Shown here piece after piece: positions 60,848 to 64,000 of a stretch of 64,000 bases of DNA; positions within the stretch are counted from its first letter, which is position 1; each line of letters opens with the position of its first letter. The notes below the pieces were generated by a model. The model had not been told where the DNA came from and ran no database searches. It saw only the letters and a program-made list of their open reading frames with translations. The stretch covers positions 1,050,458-1,114,457 of the forward strand of contig JAXMGT010000001.1 in the NCBI GenBank assembly GCA_046347155.1, written 5' to 3'. The DNA comes from Steroidobacteraceae bacterium (GTDB lineage: Bacteria; Pseudomonadota; Gammaproteobacteria; Steroidobacterales; Steroidobacteraceae). Both the position numbers and the translations under genes were made by a program.

Positions 60848-61780
60848 ATGCTCGCGAAGGCATTGGGGGTGCTCGTCCTGCTGCTCGGCCCGGCAGCAGT
60901 GCTGCTGCTGGCGGGGTACCCGCTCGTGGCGCAAATGTTCACCGTGGGTGCCGTCCTCGCGTTGCAGATGAGCCTGCTGGCGCGGCCGGTGGCCGGGTTC
61001 TCGATCCTGCTCCCGGTGGTGTTCGGCGCCGCCGCAATCACCGCCCAGTCCACGGACGGCGTGGCCGCGCTGATCGTCGCCGCGGCGGCCTTGGTCGGTG
61101 TCGCGAGTTCGCAGGGCTACCAGCGCGGGTTGCTGGCCGCGCTGGCGGCGACGTTGCTCGGTTCGAGCCTGCCGTCCACCCCGTCCGACGTACTCGGGCC
61201 GGTACTGATGATGGGCGCCGGCAGCTCCTATGGCTACCTGCTCGCGGTCACGGTACTGCGCGACGTGGACGTGGACATGCAGTCGGTGCGGCCGCAGACC
61301 GCGCTCAGTTACGCGGCGCTGCTCGCCCTGCTCGTGACCGTCGCCTGGGCGTCGGCCCGGGTGTTCGGCGTGCCGCACGGCTGGTGGATACCGCTTGCCG
61401 TCGCGTCGGTCGGCCAGCCCGCGCTCGACCGGTCGGTCGGGCGTTCGCTCGGCCGGTTCGCGATCGCGCTGCTCGCGACGCTGGTGCTCGTCTCGTTCGC
61501 CGAACTCGTGGACGGTGTCGTGCTGCGCGTCGTGCTGATCGCCGCGATCGGCCTCGCACTGCTCGCGCTCGACCCGGGCCGTCGCTGGATCAAGGCGCTG
61601 CTCGTGACGCCGATGCTGGTGCTGCTGATGAGCCCGGCCGGCCAGTCCGCATTCGAGTACCTTCAGGGCGCGATGCTCGCCTGTGCGGTCGTCTACGGCA
61701 GCGCGCTGCTCGGCCAGTGGCTGCTGTGGACGCTCAGGCCCGACCCGGGTCGGGTCGCCACCGGTTCCGCCAGCCGCTGA
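60848..61780 (+). CDS. Integral membrane protein, FUSC-like
   Basis: 310 aa, multiple TM helices, and the HGWWIPLAVASVGQP...S.GRS..R pattern typical of fusaric-acid-resistance-like / aromatic acid exporter family proteins. Confidence 0.6.
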   Translation: MLAKALGVLVLLLGPAAVLLLAGYPLVAQMFTVGAVLALQMSLLARPVAGFSILLPVVFGAAAITAQSTDGVAALIVAAAALVGVASSQGYQRGLLAALAATLLGSSLPSTPSDVLGPVLMMGAGSSYGYLLAVTVLRDVDVDMQSVRPQTALSYAALLALLVTVAWASARVFGVPHGWWIPLAVASVGQPALDRSVGRSLGRFAIALLATLVLVSFAELVDGVVLRVVLIAAIGLALLALDPGRRWIKALLVTPMLVLLMSPAGQSAFEYLQGAMLACAVVYGSALLGQWLLWTLRPDPGRVATGSASR

Positions 61781-61787
61781 GCGCCGG

Positions 61788-63617
61788 TCAGGCCAGCAGC
61801 GCCCGCATCGAAGGGCGGCTCGCCGCGTAGCGACGGTGCACGTCCACGTAGGTTTCCCGGTACAGCCCGTCCACGACGTCCGGTGACGGGAATTGCGCGA
61901 CGAATCCCGGGGAGGCCGGCTCGAGTGCAAGTTCCGCCGCGCGCATGAAGTGCGCGAGCAGTGCGCGCGGGTCCTCCTCGCCGACCGAGATCCGGATCGT
62001 GGTCGGTGAGATGCCGGCCTCGCGCAGAGCTTCCGCGGAAAGTTCCGAGTGGCTCGTGAGGCCCGGGCACACGACGACGGTGTTGCTCTGCCCGAGCGTC
62101 ACCTGCAGGCCGAACGCCGGCTCGAGGCAGTCGAAGAATCGCTGGAACGCGTCACGGCCGATCCGGCGGCCCGCGTCGGTCTCGAAGTCCACCGTGAACA
62201 GCGGCGCGGGCAGCCCGAGGAACATCAGACGCTCGCGCAGCGCCGCGTTCTCGTTGCCGTCCACGGCCGAGGAGTTCACGTGGATGGCGGGGTGCAGCGC
62301 GAGCGCGCGCGCGAGCACCAGCGTGTTGATCGCCTTGTTGATCACGCGCAGTTCGACGGTCCGCATGCCGTTGATCACCTCGAACGCCTTGTCCGCGTCG
62401 AGGAATGCGCCTTTCACGTAATAGACGTTCCAGAACAGCGTCTCGTCCCAGCGCCACGTGCGCGGGCGCCCGTCGGGCCCGGGGGCGGTCACCGACTCGC
62501 CTTTCGGGATGAACATCCGCTCGTTGCGTCCGATGCAGACGCCCGCGGTCGTCGTGCCGGCGCCCGCGAGGTCCTTCGTGTACGAGTGGATCACGAAATC
62601 GGGCCGCTCGGCCGGGTCGGAGCGGCGCAGCAGCGGGTGCAGGATCGGCGTGCCGACCGTCGCGTCGCAGATCACCGTGATGCCGGCCGCGTGCGCCGCC
62701 CTGCAGATCGCCGGGACGTCGAGCACGTGCCCGTGCGGGTTGCAGGGCGACTCGAGGAACACGTAGACGTTGCGGCCGTCGGCCAGCCGGTCCGCGCACT
62801 CGCGTCGCGTCGTCTCGAGCGCTCGCGCGAACGCCTCGACCGTGAAGCCGTCGAACCATCGAACCGCGACGTCGAGGTTGCTCTGCTTGCCGTACCAGTC
62901 GTGCAGCAGCTGGTAGGTGCCGCCGTAGACGTTGCGGCTCGCGAGCACCACGTCGCGGTAGCCGACCAGGTTCGCGAGCGTCGAGTCGATCGCCGCCATG
63001 CCCGAGTTGAAGTTCCAGGCGAGGTACTCGCCCGCGAGCGGTCCGGCCTCGAGGTCCACGATGTGGTTCGCGAGGCTGATCGAGGTCGGGTTCAGCAGGC
63101 GCGAGTAGATCTCGTGCAGCGGCTCGCGCCCGTTGAAGGCGTCCTCGACCCATTCCGTGCACGCGTACACGTAGGTCGCGGTGCGCGTAATCACCGGAGT
63201 GGCGCTGAACAGCGCGGTGACATTGTCGAAGAGCGGGTAGGGGCCCTTGGCGGCCGACTGCGCCGGCTCGTTCAGCAGCGACTGGTACGACTTGCGCAGC
63301 GGGTTCTGCAGCGTGTCGAGGATCTTGGCGAGCTGGAAGCACAGGAACCGCTTCGCGTTGAAACGCGCGACGCGGTCCCGGTGGTCGAGCGAGGCGAGTT
63401 CGCGCAGGCTGGCGGTCCAGAGTTCGTGCGCCGCCGCGTTCGCCGAGTAGAGGTGGCCGGCCAGCGCGCCGAGCCGGCGTCCGTAATCGGACTCAGGGTC
63501 GATCGCGAAGTGCCTGAGCTGCTCGTCGACGAGCGCGTCGACGTCGCGGGCGGCTGTCGTGTTGCGGCGCGGGCTCAGTTCGCGCGCGAGGTCGAAGATG
63601 CGGCTGTCATTCGTCAT
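61788..63617 (-). CDS. Cys/Met-metabolism PLP-dependent enzyme (trans-sulfuration family) with N- and C-terminal extensions
   Basis: 609 aa from MTNDS. Core motifs YSRLLNPT, SGMAAI, ESPCNP, DATVGTP and the PLP-lysine motif HSYTKDLAG. Confidence 0.85.
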   Translation of the reverse strand: MTNDSRIFDLARELSPRRNTTAARDVDALVDEQLRHFAIDPESDYGRRLGALAGHLYSANAAAHELWTASLRELASLDHRDRVARFNAKRFLCFQLAKILDTLQNPLRKSYQSLLNEPAQSAAKGPYPLFDNVTALFSATPVITRTATYVYACTEWVEDAFNGREPLHEIYSRLLNPTSISLANHIVDLEAGPLAGEYLAWNFNSGMAAIDSTLANLVGYRDVVLASRNVYGGTYQLLHDWYGKQSNLDVAVRWFDGFTVEAFARALETTRRECADRLADGRNVYVFLESPCNPHGHVLDVPAICRAAHAAGITVICDATVGTPILHPLLRRSDPAERPDFVIHSYTKDLAGAGTTTAGVCIGRNERMFIPKGESVTAPGPDGRPRTWRWDETLFWNVYYVKGAFLDADKAFEVINGMRTVELRVINKAINTLVLARALALHPAIHVNSSAVDGNENAALRERLMFLGLPAPLFTVDFETDAGRRIGRDAFQRFFDCLEPAFGLQVTLGQSNTVVVCPGLTSHSELSAEALREAGISPTTIRISVGEEDPRALLAHFMRAAELALEPASPGFVAQFPSPDVVDGLYRETYVDVHRRYAASRPSMRALLA

Positions 63618-63696
63618 GCGCCGATGGTACCGCACGCGCGGACCCGCGCCCGGCGAGCCGACGTACTGCGCTGCAGCACGACCTCGGGCCGTGCGG

Positions 63697-64000
63697 TCAG
63701 TCCCCGCCGCCCGGGCCGTTGTGGCAGTCGTAGCAGCCGACCTGCGTCCCGGCCGGTACGGTGCGGGAACCCCAGGAACGCTGCGTCGCCGTTCGCGACA
63801 GCGCCGTGCCGCGGAAATCCGCACCGTGACAGGCGGCGCACGCGTTCCGGTCGGCCTTCGCGTAGCGCGGATGGCCGCCTTCGTCGCGCCAGCGCGAGTC
63901 CCCGACGACGTGCATTCCGTGTGGCCCGCCGAGCCCGAGCGGCGCGGTGCCCGCTGCGTGGCACGCGCTGCATTCCCCGAGCGTGCCCGAGTGGCCCTGC
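63697..64000 (-). CDS. Multihaem c-type cytochrome, 5'-truncated by the window edge
   Basis: Three CxxCH motifs in about 100 aa (CSACH, CAACH, CYDCH). The frame stays open past the M at 63915 to the window end. Confidence 0.7.
   Translation of the reverse strand, partial: QGHSGTLGECSACHAAGTAPLGLGGPHGMHVVGDSRWRDEGGHPRYAKADRNACAACHGADFRGTALSRTATQRSWGSRTVPAGTQVGCYDCHNGPGGGD

Noticed and set aside
63618-63696. Riboswitch (e.g. SAM) upstream of the PLP Cys/Met-metabolism gene
   Set aside because: The spacer is only 79 nt, too short for known SAM riboswitch classes. It contains only simple GC hairpins (GCGCG-GACC-CGCGC).

Overview
A high-GC (about 70%) chromosomal segment, probably from a gammaproteobacterium. 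The evidence is E. coli-like synteny: bamD / rluD-pgeF ... clpB, and pncC-(thpR)-recA-recX-alaS-csrA-tRNA-Ser-tRNA-Arg. Most of the window is core housekeeping: ttcA, clpB, aspS, mutS, recA, recX, alaS, csrA, two tRNAs, bamD, rluD and pgeF. Envelope and transport genes are interspersed: three RND efflux systems (one 5'-truncated, one complete MFP-RND-OMF, one MFP-RND pair without OMF), an APC permease, an MscS channel, a ZIP transporter, an OM beta-barrel protein and lipoproteins. I saw no CRISPR array, transposase, integrase or phage gene. Many adjacent genes overlap by 1-4 nt (GTGA/ATGA/TTGA junctions), which suggests tight operons. Most long ORFs in the six-frame track are Arg/Ala/Pro/Gly-rich alternate-frame or antisense artefacts of the GC content, and I rejected them. 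The least ordinary loci are: (1) a translationally coupled three-gene module at 6.8-10.3 kb, made of a CX5R phosphatase/ADP-ribosylglycohydrolase fusion, an HExxH metallopeptidase-like protein and a Ddl-like ATP-grasp ligase; (2) an M32 carboxypeptidase homologue with a broken HEXXH motif; (3) a secreted three-gene operon ending in a His/Gly-rich 18-aa repeat protein; (4) an OMF-less RND pair followed on the same strand by overlapping HDAC-SDR-methyltransferase genes; (5) an unusually long Cys/Met-metabolism PLP enzyme next to a multihaem cytochrome. All functional calls come from motif and family recognition by eye. No database search was run.
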